Notes under the pieces: model-generated
The model's input: only the letters and a program-made list of their open reading frames with translations
Database searches by the model: none
What the model was told of the DNA's origin: nothing
DNA from: Candidatus Methylomirabilota bacterium
GTDB lineage: Bacteria > Methylomirabilota > Methylomirabilia > Rokubacteriales > CSP1-6
Direction: 5' to 3'
DNA: 43,701 nt
Assembly (NCBI GenBank): GCA_046726415.1
Contig: JBKPAK010000108.1
Coordinates: 1-43,701 of the forward strand
Shown here: positions 35,533-43,701 of the stretch, in pieces
Layout: every line of letters begins with the position of its first letter
Position numbering within the stretch: position 1 is the stretch's first letter
Position numbers and translations under genes: made by a program

Positions 35533-35940
35533 TCAAAAGGTCGCCGCCCGTTCAAAGAAGGTGACGTCCACGAGGATGACGCTCTCCGCGCGCGCCGTCT
35601 CTGCGACCTTCTGGGTCACCATCTGCCGCACGAACGGGATGGGGATTCGCCCGAGGCGGTGCAACACCTCATCGGTGCAGCGGATGCGGGTGCCAGGGAG
35701 GAGGGGTCCCTCGGTCGCGACGCCCACCTCGTCTGGATCGTGCTCGCACGTCTCGGGGACGAGTTGCTGGAGACGCAGGGAGACGTAGTCGGTCACCCAG
35801 GCTTGGAGTCCCGCCTTGGCCTCCTCGGCGCGAAGGGCCGCGCGATCGAGTTTTTCGCCCACAGACTGGACGAGCGTCTCCACGCGGGCCAGGCGCGCCT
35901 CCAAGGAAGCCAGCCGCTGATTGAGGGTCGAGTCATCCAT
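35533..35940 (-). CDS. Coiled-coil plus PCP_red (BchB C-terminal)-like domain protein; possible UGA readthrough to 35455
   Basis: ATG at 35940. N-terminal heptads LASLEARLARVETL; C-terminal TDEVLHRLGRIPIPFVRQMV...KVAETAR. Confidence 0.7.
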   Translation of the reverse strand: MDDSTLNQRLASLEARLARVETLVQSVGEKLDRAALRAEEAKAGLQAWVTDYVSLRLQQLVPETCEHDPDEVGVATEGPLLPGTRIRCTDEVLHRLGRIPIPFVRQMVTQKVAETARAESVILVDVTFFERAATF

Positions 35941-36000
35941 GCGCGGAGAATACCCGCCGGTGGCTCGGGCCGGCAAGGGGCCGGGGTAGAATCGACCGAC

Positions 36001-37869
36001 GTGGCTGTCCTCCTGACCATCCTCACCGACCCGCGCGATCCCTCGGTGCGCCGGGCGCTCAGTGCCGCGCCGGGCCTCTCGATTCTGAAGGCGGCCCAGG
36101 CCGGCGGGGTCGACATCACCGCGACGTGTGGCGGGCGCGGGCGCTGCACGTCGTGCCGCGTGAAATTCGTGGCCGGCCCCATCCCGCCCCCGACCATCAT
36201 GGACGAGGTTCAGCTCGGGGCCGACCAAGTGCGCGAGGGTTATCGCCTGTCCTGCCAGTGTCGGCCGGAAGAGCCCGTCAGCGTGCAGGTGGCGCCTCCG
36301 CTCGAGGAGCTTTCCTTTCAGATGCTAGGGCCAGAGGACCGCGCGGGAGCGCTCGGGCGGGTGGCCATCGACTCCGGCGTGGACAAGCGCCTGGTGACCG
36401 TCGCCCTCCCGCGGGAAGAGCACCATCAGACCTCGGACCTCGAGCAACTGCTCGCCGCCGTGGGCGGTGAGCCGATGGACGTCGGCGCCAGTGTGTTGGC
36501 CGGCCTGCCCCGGGCCCTGCGCGAAGACCCCGCCGGGGCCACCGTCACCACCTTCGGCCGGCGCATCATCGCCGTCGAGCGCGGCGACACGACGTCCATG
36601 AAGTTCGGCCTCGCGGTCGATGTGGGCACGACCAGCGTGGTGACCACGCTGATCGAGTTGACGTCGGGCGAGCAGCTCGCCTCCGTGTCGAGCTTGAATC
36701 CGCAGGCGGTGTTCGGTGGCGACCTCATGTCTCGCATCGCCTTCGCCCAGTTCAATCCCGCGAATCTCCGCAAGCTCACCACGCGGATCATCGGTCTGCT
36801 CAACCGGCACATCGCCCAGCTCTGCCATCAGGTCGGCGTGCTCCCGAAGTGGATCTATAAGGTCGTCGTGGTCGGCAATACCTGCATGCATCACCTGCTC
36901 CTGGGCATCGACCCGTCCTGGGTCGGGCTGGCGCCCTACGCTCCGGTCATGCGGCATCCGCTCACCATCCCGGCCCGCGATCTCTTCCTCCGCGTCGCTC
37001 CGGACGCGCGCGTGTGCTTTTTGCCCATCGTGGCGGGATTCGTGGGGGCGGACGCGGTGGCGGTGGCCCTGGCCACGCGAATCTACGAGTCGCCGAAGCT
37101 TCGCATGGCCATCGACATCGGCACCAACGGAGAGGTGCTCCTGGGCTCGCGCGACCGGTTGTGGGCCGCCTCCGCGCCGGCCGGGCCCGCCCTGGAGGGC
37201 GCGCAGATCCGCCATGGGATGCGGGCCGCCCTCGGCGCCATCGATCGCGTCGGGATCCGCGACGACATCAGCGTGCATACGATCGGCGAGACGCCGCCCC
37301 TCGGCATCTGCGGCTCTGGACTCATCGATCTGATCGCCGGCTTGCTCGATGCTGGCGTCATCGACGCGACCGGACTGATCCAGGTCGAGGAACGCGAGCG
37401 CTTCACGGCGGGGCTGCGCGACCGGGTCGAGATGCGGGGAGAAGAGCGCGTGGTGGTGGTCCAGCGCGCCGGTGAGTCGGGGGCCGGCCACGAGATCATT
37501 CTGACCCAGGACGACGTCCGCCAGGTCCAGCTCGCCAAAGGCGCTATCGCCTCCGGCGCGGCGCTGCTGCAGCGCGTGGCCGGTGTTCCCGCCGGTGAGA
37601 TCGAGGAGCTGATGCTGGCGGGAGGGTTCGGCAACTATGTCTCCGTGGCCAGCGCCCTGCGCATCGGTCTCATCCCCGCCATGCCGGCTTCGCGGGTTCG
37701 CTACGTGGGCAACGCGGCCGCGCTCGGGGCCCAGATGTGCCTGCTCTCCGAGACCGAGCGCGCGACGGCCGCGCGCATCGCCGCGCAGGTGGAGCACATC
37801 TCGTTGGCCGCGCACGGCGACTTCGAGCAGATTTTCGTCGACTGTATGAACTTCCCGCCGCGCGGATGA
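36001..37869 (+). CDS. ASKHA-family reductive activator of corrinoid proteins (RACo/AcsV-like) with N-terminal 2Fe-2S domain
   Basis: CGGRGRCTSC...RLSCQC, DVGTTS, NPQAVFGGDLMSRI, GFVGAD, DIGTNGE, AGPALEG, GICGSG, QLAKGAI and LAGGFG. Probable GTG at 36001. Confidence 0.9.
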   Translation: MAVLLTILTDPRDPSVRRALSAAPGLSILKAAQAGGVDITATCGGRGRCTSCRVKFVAGPIPPPTIMDEVQLGADQVREGYRLSCQCRPEEPVSVQVAPPLEELSFQMLGPEDRAGALGRVAIDSGVDKRLVTVALPREEHHQTSDLEQLLAAVGGEPMDVGASVLAGLPRALREDPAGATVTTFGRRIIAVERGDTTSMKFGLAVDVGTTSVVTTLIELTSGEQLASVSSLNPQAVFGGDLMSRIAFAQFNPANLRKLTTRIIGLLNRHIAQLCHQVGVLPKWIYKVVVVGNTCMHHLLLGIDPSWVGLAPYAPVMRHPLTIPARDLFLRVAPDARVCFLPIVAGFVGADAVAVALATRIYESPKLRMAIDIGTNGEVLLGSRDRLWAASAPAGPALEGAQIRHGMRAALGAIDRVGIRDDISVHTIGETPPLGICGSGLIDLIAGLLDAGVIDATGLIQVEERERFTAGLRDRVEMRGEERVVVVQRAGESGAGHEIILTQDDVRQVQLAKGAIASGAALLQRVAGVPAGEIEELMLAGGFGNYVSVASALRIGLIPAMPASRVRYVGNAAALGAQMCLLSETERATAARIAAQVEHISLAAHGDFEQIFVDCMNFPPRG

Positions 37870-38744
37870 TCCCGCGACCGCCGTGCCCCTCCGCTTCGGG
37901 GTTGGCCATCCCCTCCAGCATCCTGGGGCGCGAAGCCGGACCCTTCCGTGCGGCGATCGACGCACGGTGGCTCATGGCGTATGCCGCGGCCGCCGGACTT
38001 CACCACCCGTCGTACTTCGACACCACCACCGCCGACGGTCCACTGGCGCATCCGCTCTTTCCCGTGTGCTACGAGTGGCCGCTCCTCGTCGACATTCGCG
38101 ACCGCGCCATCGGGGAGGCCGCGGCGCCATTCGGCGTGCACGCCAGCCATCGACTCGTCCTCCATCGGCTCCCACGAGCCGGCGACATCATGACCACGGC
38201 GGCCCGGGTCCTCTCCGTCACCTCGCGCCGATCCGGCACTCTGGTGACGGTCCGCCTTGCCACCACGGACGAGCAGGGACGTCTGGTCAGCGAAACCGAC
38301 TACGGTTCCCTCTACCGGGGCGTGCCGCTCGCGGGAGCCGCGCTGGCGGAGACCCCCCTCCGACGGGCGGAGCCGGTGGAGCGTCGGCCGCGCTGGAGCG
38401 AGCGCGTCGACGTGCCCTATCACCTCGCACACGTTTACACGGAGTGCGCGCGGATCTGGAATCCCATCCATACTGATCTGGCGGCGGCGCGCGCGGCCGG
38501 GTTGCCTGTCCCGATCCTGCACGGAACGGCCACCTTGGCCCTCGCGGTGTCGCAACTCGTGGACCGCGACCTCCAGGGCGACGCCCGGGCTGTGCGCGGG
38601 ATCGAGGCGCGGTTCGCCGGCATGGTGGTCCTCCCCTCGATCTTCACCGTCTGCGCCGGCGGGCGGCAGCCGGAGGCCATCGCGTTCGAGGCGGTGGCGG
38701 CCGACGGGTCTCGCGTTCTGAGCGAAGGAGTCCTTCGTCTATGA
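37866..38744 (+). CDS. Double hot-dog MaoC-like dehydratase/hydratase
   Basis: AHPLFP, GVHASH and WNPIHTDLAAARAAGLPVPILHGTAT. ATGA overlap with the upstream gene. Confidence 0.85.
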   Translation: MIPRPPCPSASGLAIPSSILGREAGPFRAAIDARWLMAYAAAAGLHHPSYFDTTTADGPLAHPLFPVCYEWPLLVDIRDRAIGEAAAPFGVHASHRLVLHRLPRAGDIMTTAARVLSVTSRRSGTLVTVRLATTDEQGRLVSETDYGSLYRGVPLAGAALAETPLRRAEPVERRPRWSERVDVPYHLAHVYTECARIWNPIHTDLAAARAAGLPVPILHGTATLALAVSQLVDRDLQGDARAVRGIEARFAGMVVLPSIFTVCAGGRQPEAIAFEAVAADGSRVLSEGVLRL

Positions 38745-39766
38745 AACAGATGAGCCGTGGCGAACGCATCGCGGCCGCCCTGCGCCGAGAGCCCCTCGAT
38801 CGCGTGCCGTACGCAGTGTGGCGCCACTTCCCCATCGTCGACCGCTCGCCCGCCGGCCTCGCCCAGGCCACCCTCCGGTTCCACGAGCGCTATGGCTCGG
38901 ACTTCCTGAAGCTCACGCCCAGCGGGGGCTATGCCGTGCAGGCGTGGGGCTGCGTCGAAAGCGAAGAGGTCCGGCCCGACGGCCACCGTCCCTGCGCGTC
39001 CTGCGCGGTGCGCGATCCCGGTGACTGGGCGAAGATCCGCGAGCTTGATCCAGCAACGGCCGAGGGCTACGTGCAGCAACTCGAGGCGATCGTGCGGATG
39101 GGCTTCGACCGCCGCATCGGCGACACTCCGGTCGTACCGACCCTCTTCTCTCCGCTCTCCCTGGCCCGCAAGCTGTCCGGCGGCCGGCTCAACGCCGATC
39201 TACGCCAGCATCCCGCCGCGCTGACCGGCGCGCTGGAGGCCATCACGGCGACGCTCATCCGCTTCGCCGAGCTAGCGCTCAGCGAAGGTGTCTCCGGCAT
39301 CTTCTACTCCATCCAGGCGGCCAGCCGGAGCCTTCACACCGAGGAGGAGTACGCGCGGTTCGGAGAGCCCTACGATCGGCGCTTCCTGGAGGCCATCGCC
39401 AGAGGGTCGATCCTCACCATCATCCACGCGCACGGCGATCAGCTCATGTTCGACCGTCTGTCCCGTCTCCCGGGCCACGCGTGGAACTGGGACGACCGGG
39501 CCACGCCACCTTCCCTCGCCGCCGGGAGCGCCGCCGTGCCGGGCGCGGTCATCGGCGGGCTCAACCAATGGGTCACCCTTCGCGATGGAACCCCGGATCA
39601 GGCGGTGAAGGAAGTCGAAAACGCTATCGCGCAGACGGGCGGCACGGGATTGATCGTGGGTCCAGGCTGCGTGCTGCCCATGAATACGCCCGACGCCACT
39701 GTGGCGGCGGTGGTTCGGCGCTTGGGCGGGCCGCTGAAGCCGATTCCCGGCGTGAAGCTGGATTAG
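38741..39766 (+). CDS. Uroporphyrinogen decarboxylase superfamily protein (URO-D/MtaA-like)
   Basis: ERIAAAL...DRVP, SDFLKL, TLFSPL, IIHAHG, IGGLN and LIVGPGC. Confidence 0.82.
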   Translation: MKQMSRGERIAAALRREPLDRVPYAVWRHFPIVDRSPAGLAQATLRFHERYGSDFLKLTPSGGYAVQAWGCVESEEVRPDGHRPCASCAVRDPGDWAKIRELDPATAEGYVQQLEAIVRMGFDRRIGDTPVVPTLFSPLSLARKLSGGRLNADLRQHPAALTGALEAITATLIRFAELALSEGVSGIFYSIQAASRSLHTEEEYARFGEPYDRRFLEAIARGSILTIIHAHGDQLMFDRLSRLPGHAWNWDDRATPPSLAAGSAAVPGAVIGGLNQWVTLRDGTPDQAVKEVENAIAQTGGTGLIVGPGCVLPMNTPDATVAAVVRRLGGPLKPIPGVKLD

Positions 39767-39773
39767 ACAGGCT

Positions 39774-39795
39774 CCCCGAGCCCCCAAGCTCGGGG
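39774..39795. terminator. Hairpin between convergent genes
   Basis: CCCCGAGC-ccccaa-GCTCGGGG, with no U-tract. Confidence 0.4.
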
Positions 39796-39811
39796 CGTGG
39801 GGACGGCAAGA

Positions 39812-40891
39812 CTACTTGGCGACGTTGAAGCGGAAGTGGCAGATCTCTCCGTCCTGGATGAGGTAGTCCTTGCCCTCCAGGTGAAGCTGCGCCTTGGCGC
39901 GCACGTCGGCGAATGAGCCGGCCGCGGCGAGGAGATCGTGGTATGCGGTCACCTCCGCGCGGATGAAGCCGCGCGCGATGTCGGAGTGCACGGTGCCGGC
40001 CGCGTCCTGCGCGCGGGTGCCGCGACGGATCGGCCACGCGCGCACCTCGTCCTCACCCACCGTGAAGAACGACACGAGGCCCAGGAGCGCGTAGCAGTCG
40101 TGTAGCACCCGGTGGATGGCCGGCTCCGCCAGGTCGAGATCGGCGAGGAAGGCCTCGCGCTCGTCGCCGGCGAGCTTCGCCACTTCTGCCTCGATAACCG
40201 CCGATACCCAGCCCACGCGGGTCTGCGGCCGCGCGGCCACCTCGCCCAGGCCGAAGACCTCGACCACCCGGCCGCCGTCGGCAAGCCCCTTCTCGTGCAG
40301 ATTGACGCAATGGAGGATCGGCTTCTCCGACAGGAAGGTGAAGCCGTGCACGATGCGCGTTTCCTCGGGGGTCAGGGCCGCCGCCCGCAGGGGGATCTCG
40401 CGTTCGAGCTCACCTTTCAGGCGCCGGAGGGCCGCCTGCTCGGCCACCTCGGTGTCGGTGCGTCGCTTGCGCAGGGAGAGCTCGAGCCGCTCCAGGCGCC
40501 GGTCCACCACATCCAGGTCAGCGAGGAGCAACTCCATCTCGAGGTCGACGATGTCGCGCTGGGGGTCAGCCGTTCCCAGCGCTGGATCGTCGAAGGCGCG
40601 CACGACGTGGAGCAGCGCGTCGGCTCCCCGGAATTCGCCCGCGTCCAACCCCGAGCGCTCGCCCTTGGCGATGCCCGCCAGGTCCACCACCTCGAAGCTT
40701 GCGTAGGTCGTCTTCCTCGGGTTGAACAGCGCGCGCAACCGATCCACGCGCTCGTCGGGGACGCGCGCCACTCCGGCGTGCAGCTCGGCGCGCTCGCCCT
40801 CGAAGCGCGAGGTGGCGACCTTGGCGCCGGTGAGCAGGTTGAAGAGCGTGGTCTTGCCGCTCCGAGGAAGCCCGATGAGCCCAATCTTCAC
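39812..40891 (-). CDS. ychF: YchF/OLA1 Obg-family ATPase
   Basis: GLPRSGKTTLFN, VDLAGI, FFTVGEDEVRAW, AAGTVHSDIARGFIRAE and LEGKDYLIQDG. Confidence 0.93.
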   Translation of the reverse strand: MKIGLIGLPRSGKTTLFNLLTGAKVATSRFEGERAELHAGVARVPDERVDRLRALFNPRKTTYASFEVVDLAGIAKGERSGLDAGEFRGADALLHVVRAFDDPALGTADPQRDIVDLEMELLLADLDVVDRRLERLELSLRKRRTDTEVAEQAALRRLKGELEREIPLRAAALTPEETRIVHGFTFLSEKPILHCVNLHEKGLADGGRVVEVFGLGEVAARPQTRVGWVSAVIEAEVAKLAGDEREAFLADLDLAEPAIHRVLHDCYALLGLVSFFTVGEDEVRAWPIRRGTRAQDAAGTVHSDIARGFIRAEVTAYHDLLAAAGSFADVRAKAQLHLEGKDYLIQDGEICHFRFNVAK

Positions 40892-40938
40892 GGATGCTCA
40901 TTATGCCACCGGCCTCAACGTGCTAAGGTGCGCTTGCT

Positions 40939-41816
40939 CTGAACGACCGCCGCCCGATCGACGTCAACGCCGCCGTCGTCGCGCTCCTCCTCTCGCTGTT
41001 GTGGGGGGCCAATCCCGTGGCCATCAAGCTCGGCCTGGAGGACGTGCCGCCGCTTCGCATGGCGTGGATGCGCTTCGCCGTGGGCAGCGCGGTCATCCTC
41101 GTGTGGGCGTGGGCCACCGACCGACTGCGGGGGTGGCGACTCGAGCGCGCCGAGTATCGCCCGCTCCTGGTCCTCGGCCTCCTCTTCACGGCGCAGATTG
41201 CCACCATGAATGTGGGCACCGCCCTGACCAGCGCCGCACATTCGGCCATCCTGCTCAACCTCTACGCGGTGCACACCGTCGTGCTCTCGCATTTCATGAT
41301 CCCGGGCGACCGCTTGACGCTCTCCCGCGCCCTCGGCGTCCTGGTGGCGTACGCGGGCATCGTGCTGCTCTTCGTCCGCCAGACGTCCTCGGGGGCGCCC
41401 ACCCTCCTCGGCGACGGTCTCATGTTCGCCAGCTCGCTGTTCCTCGGCGAGCGCACGGTATATCTGGCCCGCGAGGCGCGGCGCCTCGATCCCGTCAAAC
41501 TCTTGCTGTCCCAGGCCGCGATTGGCTGCGTCTTCTTCGTCAGCTTCTCGGCGACGTTCGAAGCGGAGTCGACGCGCTGGACGTGGCGCTCGGTGCCGTG
41601 CTCGTCTTCCAGGGAGCCATCATCGCCGGCTTCAACTTCATCGTGAATCTTTGGCTGCTTCGCCACTATCGCCCCGGTGACCTCGCCACCATATTTCTGA
41701 CTCAGCCCATCTTCGGAGTGCTGGCCGCCAATCTCGTGACCGGTGATCCCCTGACGGTCGAACTGCTGGTGGCCAGCTTGGCCGTTGCCGCGGGGATCGG
41801 CCTCACCGTCCGTTGA
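40939..41816 (+). pseudogene. EamA/DMT transporter with a 1-nt frameshift near 41589
   Basis: First frame LWGANPVAIK...RFAVG...TRWTWR switches to LGAVLVFQG...FLTQPIFGV...GIGLTVR. The start is uncertain (CTG 40939 or TTG 40999). Confidence 0.75.
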
Positions 41817-41839
41817 AGGAGCGGAGGCTATACTGAGTC

Positions 41840-42205
41840 ATGCCCACGCAGCCGAGCACATCGCTGGCCATCGTCTCCAACCCGCACCCGGACCGCGACT
41901 ACGAGATCAGCATGGCGGTCCCGGAATTCACCTGCCTTTGCCCCCTTACCGGGCAGCCAGACTTCGCCACCATCCGCCTCCGCTACGTGCCTGACCAGCA
42001 CCTCGTCGAGCTGAAGTCGCTGAAGCTCTACATGTGGTCGTATCGCGGCGAGGGCGCCTTCCACGAGGACGTGACCAACCGGATCCTGAACGATCTCGTG
42101 ACGGCCGTGAAGCCGCGCTGGCTGGAGGTGGTGGGGGACTTCAACGTGCGCGGGGGCATCAAGACCGAAATCCGCGTCACCTACGGCAAGCGCCCGGAGA
42201 CGTAG
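41840..42205 (+). CDS. queF: preQ0 reductase (unimodular QueF)
   Basis: [28 protein letters not shown] and VRGGI. Confidence 0.96.
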   Translation: MPTQPSTSLAIVSNPHPDRDYEISMAVPEFTCLCPLTGQPDFATIRLRYVPDQHLVELKSLKLYMWSYRGEGAFHEDVTNRILNDLVTAVKPRWLEVVGDFNVRGGIKTEIRVTYGKRPET

Positions 42206-42246
42206 TACCCCGTCACCTACGGCAAGCGGCCCGAGACGGAGTACCC
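42175..42246 (+). repeat. 36-bp tandem duplication of the queF 3' end (3 mismatches)
   Basis: CGTCACCTACGGCAAGCGCCCGGAGACGTAGTACCC (42175-42210) versus CGTCACCTACGGCAAGCGGCCCGAGACGGAGTACCC (42211-42246). Confidence 0.9.
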
Positions 42247-42255
42247 CGGGCGCCG

Positions 42256-43122
42256 CTATCGAGCGAGGGCGAGGAGGACCATGCCGACCACCATGATGAT
42301 CGCGCCCAACGCCGACTCGCGCACACGCTGGGCCTCGCCGAAGACCAGCACGCCGATGGCCATGGCCAAGAGGATCTCGATCTGCTTCACTGCTTCCACG
42401 TACGAGGACAGGGTGAGCGTGTAGGCCTTGCCCTGACTGAGTGTCGTCAGCGCCGCGAAGAGGCCGAGGCCGACGAAGTCCTTCCAATGGCGGGGGACCG
42501 CCGCGAAGTGGCGCGCCGACGTGGCCAGCGCGATGGGGGTCATGATCAGGCTGGCCGCCGCGTAGGCGCCGAGGGTGCCGGCGGCCGTGTTCGACGTCAG
42601 GATGGCTTGCTTGATGGCGATGACGGACGGCGCATAGAAGAGGGCGGCCACCAAGGTCCAGCGCTGACCGCGATCCGTGAAGAGCACCAGCAGCGGTTGC
42701 CACAGCGAGATGCGCGCCCGGGAGACGTTGAGGAAATAGACGCCGGCGGCGCTCAGGAGCACCCCGGTGATCCCCAGCGCGCTCGGCCGCTCACCGATCG
42801 TCACCCACGCCATGCCGAGCAGGATCAGCAGGCTGATCTTCCACAGCGCCGTTACGATGGAGATCTGTCCGAGCTTCAGGGCCTTGGACAGCGCGAGCGT
42901 GGAGATCGTCTGGCACACCCCGAAGGCCAGACACCAAGGGAGGAACCCCGGCTCGAGCGATGGCCAGCCACCGATCAGACACGCGGCCAGTGCGAAGGGA
43001 AGGAGAAAGCTGAACCGACCCCAGACGTTGATGTACTCGTCCAGAGCGTGGCCCAGGCGCTTCATGGCTGTGTTGCGCAGGACCTGAAACAGCGCCGAGG
43101 CCAGGGCCAGAGCCAGCCACAT
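42256..43122 (-). CDS. EamA/DMT family transporter
   Basis: About 10 TM helices in two EamA-like repeats (ALKLGQISIV...IGERPS; YVEAVKQ...VFGE). Confidence 0.85.
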   Translation of the reverse strand: MWLALALASALFQVLRNTAMKRLGHALDEYINVWGRFSFLLPFALAACLIGGWPSLEPGFLPWCLAFGVCQTISTLALSKALKLGQISIVTALWKISLLILLGMAWVTIGERPSALGITGVLLSAAGVYFLNVSRARISLWQPLLVLFTDRGQRWTLVAALFYAPSVIAIKQAILTSNTAAGTLGAYAAASLIMTPIALATSARHFAAVPRHWKDFVGLGLFAALTTLSQGKAYTLTLSSYVEAVKQIEILLAMAIGVLVFGEAQRVRESALGAIIMVVGMVLLALAR

Positions 43123-43278
43123 GTTCAGACGCCCTGCCCCTCGCGATCGACTGCCCCCCCGGTCTTCAGAGGGCGAGAGACCTCGCGGACGCTCGAGCCG
43201 GGGCTGCTCCCTTGGACCTTGCCGGCCCTCCGCGCGGACGAGCCACGGTCACTCCGGCATGCTCAGGGCCGCGCAGGG

Positions 43279-43701
43279 TCAGATTTCCAGGGCGATTTTG
43301 ATGGACGCGGGCTCGCGATGGGCGGCGAAAGCCTCGTCGATCGCGTCGAGGTGGAAGCGATGGGTGATGAGCGGGCGCGCGCGCACGGCGCCCTGCGCCA
43401 CCAGCCGCATGGCCTCGGCGAATTCGTCCTGGTAGATCATCGAGCCCATGAGGGTCACCTCGCGTCTCACGACGCCGAAGAACGCCACCGGGGTCGGCCC
43501 GTGGGGCAGGCCGGTGAGCACGATGCGTCCTCCCGGTCTCACCAGCTCCAGGGCGTGGGCGGCCGCCTCCGCCGCTCCCGCGGTTTCGATGACCACGTCC
43601 ACCCCCTCGCGGCCCGAGAATCGCTGCGCCACGTCAGCGAGTGGCCCGTCGGCGAGCGCGTGCGTGTGCGCGGCGCCCAGCGCATGGGCGAGCGCGAACC
43701 G
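43279..43701 (-). CDS. Zn-dependent medium-chain dehydrogenase, C-terminal part (runs off the right edge)
   Basis: GVDVVIETAG, VRPGGRIVLTGL, REVTLMGS, LITHRFHLD and SIKI. Confidence 0.85.
   Translation of the reverse strand, partial: RFALAHALGAAHTHALADGPLADVAQRFSGREGVDVVIETAGAAEAAAHALELVRPGGRIVLTGLPHGPTPVAFFGVVRREVTLMGSMIYQDEFAEAMRLVAQGAVRARPLITHRFHLDAIDEAFAAHREPASIKIALEI

Noticed and set aside
35479-36000. Long N-terminal extension of the RACo ORF (796 aa in the track)
   Set aside because: It overlaps the opposite-strand PCP_red-like gene; the ferredoxin domain starts after 36001, with a -10 box just upstream.
30796-42246. Short direct repeats (30796, 42175) as CRISPR remnants
   Set aside because: Only two adjacent copies each, no spacers and no cas genes; both duplicate coding ends.
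43123-43278. Intergenic region between the Zn-dehydrogenase and EamA genes as a riboswitch or ncRNA
   Set aside because: No recognisable riboswitch consensus, and no preQ1 motif seen near queF either.

Overview
Very GC-rich bacterial chromosomal segment with no rRNA, tRNA, CRISPR array or transposase seen. Gene content and style suggest Candidatus Rokubacteria/Methylomirabilota or a relative (inference only). In order it holds: ccsA-like gene and partial hemA; a Tat-exported Cys-type formate dehydrogenase operon (small ORF, fdnG, fdnH, nrfD-type anchor, fdhE) with convergent fdhD; a long minus-strand ppdK, dapA-like, ilvBNC, psd, pssA, leuB, asd, truA run; a minus-strand oxalate-oxidoreductase-like (YPIRP-type) three-subunit enzyme followed by tctCBA, a decayed TerC gene and a FadR regulator; mscL; pdxR-pdxST with PaiB-like and pcaD-like genes; small genes; a RACo/MaoC/URO-D-family module; ychF, two EamA genes, queF and a partial Zn-dehydrogenase. 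Best signals: (1) a putative oxalate/formate regulon, with the same GGTCnGACC FadR-type operator at both the oxidoreductase and the FDH promoters; (2) an unannotated, apparently leaderless Leu-rich leader peptide with a full attenuator upstream of ppdK-ilv-leu; (3) a DapA-family protein lacking its catalytic Lys and Tyr inside that operon; (4) an in-frame UGA followed by a SECIS-like hairpin in a small PCP_red-like protein; (5) a duplication-generated mini-ORF that preserves translational coupling. Family assignments come from motif recognition by eye, not from database searches.
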